Shown piece after piece: positions 34,876 to 36,828 of a DNA stretch of 36,828 nucleotides. Every line of letters begins with the position of its first letter. Positions within the stretch are counted from its first letter, which is position 1. The position numbers and the translations under genes were made by a program. This stretch comes from an archaeon (lineage in GTDB: Archaea > Asgardarchaeota > Thorarchaeia > Thorarchaeales > Thorarchaeaceae). The notes under the pieces were generated by a model, which saw nothing but the letters and a program-made list of their open reading frames with translations, was not told the DNA's origin and did not search any database. Location of the stretch: positions 1 through 36,828 of the forward strand of contig JAJRWI010000049.1 in assembly GCA_024276825.1 (NCBI GenBank), given 5' to 3'.

Positions 34876-36828
34876 ATGAGTCCCCTCGCAAAACGCTATG
34901 ATCCGCAAGAGGTTGAGAAGGAAGTATTGGACTTCTGGGATAGGAACAGTATCTATGAGAAGACAGTGAAACTGCGGTCCAAAGGACCACAATGGAATTT
35001 TCTTGAGGGACCACCTACCACAAATGGCTTCATGCATGTTGGCCATGCGCGTGGAAGGGCCATGAAAGACACTCAGATTCGATACCTCACAATGAAGGGG
35101 TATAATGTCTGGCGGCGAGGGGGCTGGGACATGCAGGGGCTACCAGTTGAGCTTGAGGTCGAGCGTAATGAGGGAATTGCCGAAAAGGGTGAGATTGAGA
35201 GCACTTTAGGCATGGACCAGTTTGTGAGAAAATGCAAGGATCTTGTTGACTTCTATCTTGAACGATGGGTGAATGATTCCATCAGACTGGGCCTCTGGCT
35301 GGACTTTGAGAATGCATATCAAACTCGCAGAGACGATTACATCGAGCATGTGTGGTATTTTCTGAAACTCGCAAGTGAGAAGGGACTATTGGGAAGAGGA
35401 TACAGGGTCAATCCCACATGTCCAAGATGTGTGACCGCACTGTCTGGACATGAGGTTTCACAGGGATACAAGACAAAGGAAGACCCCTCAATCTATGTCA
35501 AGTTCAGGCTTGTTGACAGAAAGAACGAGTATCTCGTGATATGGACAACAACTCCATTTACCCTGATCTCCAACGAGATGGTTTCGGTCCATCCCGATTA
35601 CACCTATGTCAAGGTCCAAGTTGGAAGTGAATATTGGTGGATTGTGAGAGATCTCACCGAGATTGTCATGCAGAAGGCAAAGGTCTCAGACTACGAGATT
35701 GTGAAGGAACTCAAGGGCAAGGACATGCTCGGATGGAAGTACGAGCATCCATTCCTCAATGAAGTACCATGGCATCATAAGCACAAGGAGAAATACATGC
35801 ATGCTGTTGTGACGGGAACTCATGTCACTATAGAGGATGGTACTGGTCTTGTACACACTGCTCCTGGCTTTGGCCCAGATGACTTCAATGTGGGCAGAGA
35901 GTATGATGTGCCAGTGTTTGCACCTGTATCAAGAAACGGTAGGTTCACAGATGAGGTGCCAATGTTTGAAGGGCGTTTCGTTTTCGACACAAACAAGGAT
36001 GTCCCCGAGATGTTGAAGGAGAAGGGACTTCTTGTACATGCTGAAACCATAGTTCACGAATATCCCCACTGTTGGCGTTGCGACACACCTCTCGTATATC
36101 TAGCTGACAAAACGCAATGGTTTCTGAAGATGGAGGGTGTGAGAGAGCGTCTGGTAGAAGAGAACAAGAGGGTTCACTGGACACCCGAGTGGGCAGGATC
36201 TGGACGCTTTGGTGACTGGGTCGCCAATGCCGACGACTGGTGCATATCAAGGTCTCGTGTCTGGGGCTCGCCATTACCCGTTTGGGTATGTGATGAGTGT
36301 AAGGCAGAAGTTGTGATTGGGACAAGGAAAGAACTGAGAGAGAAGGCAATAGAGTTTCCCGATGAGTTTGAGATGCATAGACCATGGGTGGATCAAGTTG
36401 TTTTGAAATGTGAGAAATGCGGTGCGAAAATGCATCGTGAGCCGTTTGTCATAGACTGCTGGCTTGACTCTGGTATGGCTCACACTGCTAGCGTCGACTA
36501 TCTGAGAGATCCTGATCTTTTCAGGACTGTTTTCCCGTATGATTTCATCACGGAGGCAGTCGATCAGTCCCGAGGTTGGTTCTACAGTCTCCTATACACA
36601 TCAGTGGTCATGCATGATTCAGTGGCATTCAAGGCCTGTGTAAGTCAGGAACATGTCCTCGATGAAGATGGGGGGAAGATGAGTAAGTCCCGAGGAAATG
36701 TGGTCTGGGCCAAAGACGCCTTTGAAACAATCGGAGCAGATCCTTTCAGAATATACATGCTCACAAGGTCTGCATCATGGACACGTACCAACTACAGTCC
36801 AAAAGAGATCGAGCTCACACGCAAGAAG
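34876..36828 (+). CDS. ileS: Isoleucyl-tRNA synthetase (3'-truncated by the window edge; not in the ORF track)
   Basis: GGAGGAG SD then MSPLAKRYDPQEVEKEV...; LEGPPTTNGFMHVGH (HIGH), GWDMQGLPVE, WTTTPFTL, GTGLVHTAPGFG, YPHCWRC, DWCISRSRVWG, DQSRGWF, KMSKS. Confidence 0.95.
   Translation, partial: MSPLAKRYDPQEVEKEVLDFWDRNSIYEKTVKLRSKGPQWNFLEGPPTTNGFMHVGHARGRAMKDTQIRYLTMKGYNVWRRGGWDMQGLPVELEVERNEGIAEKGEIESTLGMDQFVRKCKDLVDFYLERWVNDSIRLGLWLDFENAYQTRRDDYIEHVWYFLKLASEKGLLGRGYRVNPTCPRCVTALSGHEVSQGYKTKEDPSIYVKFRLVDRKNEYLVIWTTTPFTLISNEMVSVHPDYTYVKVQVGSEYWWIVRDLTEIVMQKAKVSDYEIVKELKGKDMLGWKYEHPFLNEVPWHHKHKEKYMHAVVTGTHVTIEDGTGLVHTAPGFGPDDFNVGREYDVPVFAPVSRNGRFTDEVPMFEGRFVFDTNKDVPEMLKEKGLLVHAETIVHEYPHCWRCDTPLVYLADKTQWFLKMEGVRERLVEENKRVHWTPEWAGSGRFGDWVANADDWCISRSRVWGSPLPVWVCDECKAEVVIGTRKELREKAIEFPDEFEMHRPWVDQVVLKCEKCGAKMHREPFVIDCWLDSGMAHTASVDYLRDPDLFRTVFPYDFITEAVDQSRGWFYSLLYTSVVMHDSVAFKACVSQEHVLDEDGGKMSKSRGNVVWAKDAFETIGADPFRIYMLTRSASWTRTNYSPKEIELTRKK

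Noticed and set aside
1-36828. CRISPR arrays, transposases, integrases, tRNA/rRNA genes, selenocysteine read-through
   Set aside because: I saw no repeat-spacer pattern, mobile-element motif, RNA-gene consensus or in-frame UGA interrupting a recognisable gene.

Overview
Archaeal genomic DNA, most consistent with an Asgard archaeon (Thorarchaeia-like). This is inferred from gene content: two Rab-like small GTPases, a roadblock protein, a WD40 protein, archaeosine TGT, tetraether synthase, PolB2 and mtrA/mtrH. From left to right: (1) a signalling cluster with roadblock, a CxxC KaiB/thioredoxin-like gene and two single-domain KaiC-like ATPases, beside two Rab-like GTPases and a WD40 protein; (2) polB2 with its small partner gene; (3) larC; (4) a compact minus-strand operon metV-metF-mtrH'-mtrA-mtrH-methanogenesis marker 14-cofE that lacks all membrane Mtr subunits; (5) hflX and tgtA; (6) an Fe3+/thiamine-type ABC importer facing away from two membrane-anchored surface proteins, one with a Zn phospholipase C/nuclease domain; (7) a tandem pair of unknown paralogues; (8) polyprenyl synthase, PhzF, a GC-rich structured non-coding element, geranylgeranyl reductase and tes; (9) a MazG-like gene, a hypothetical gene and partial ileS. 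The strongest candidates for new biology are the redox-type KaiB/KaiC(CI-like) module tied to roadblock/GTPase genes, and the soluble MetVF-MtrH/MtrA/MtrH methyl-transfer module, whose MtrA carries an MtrB-like tail. All calls come from motif recognition by eye against remembered family sequences; no database searches were run.
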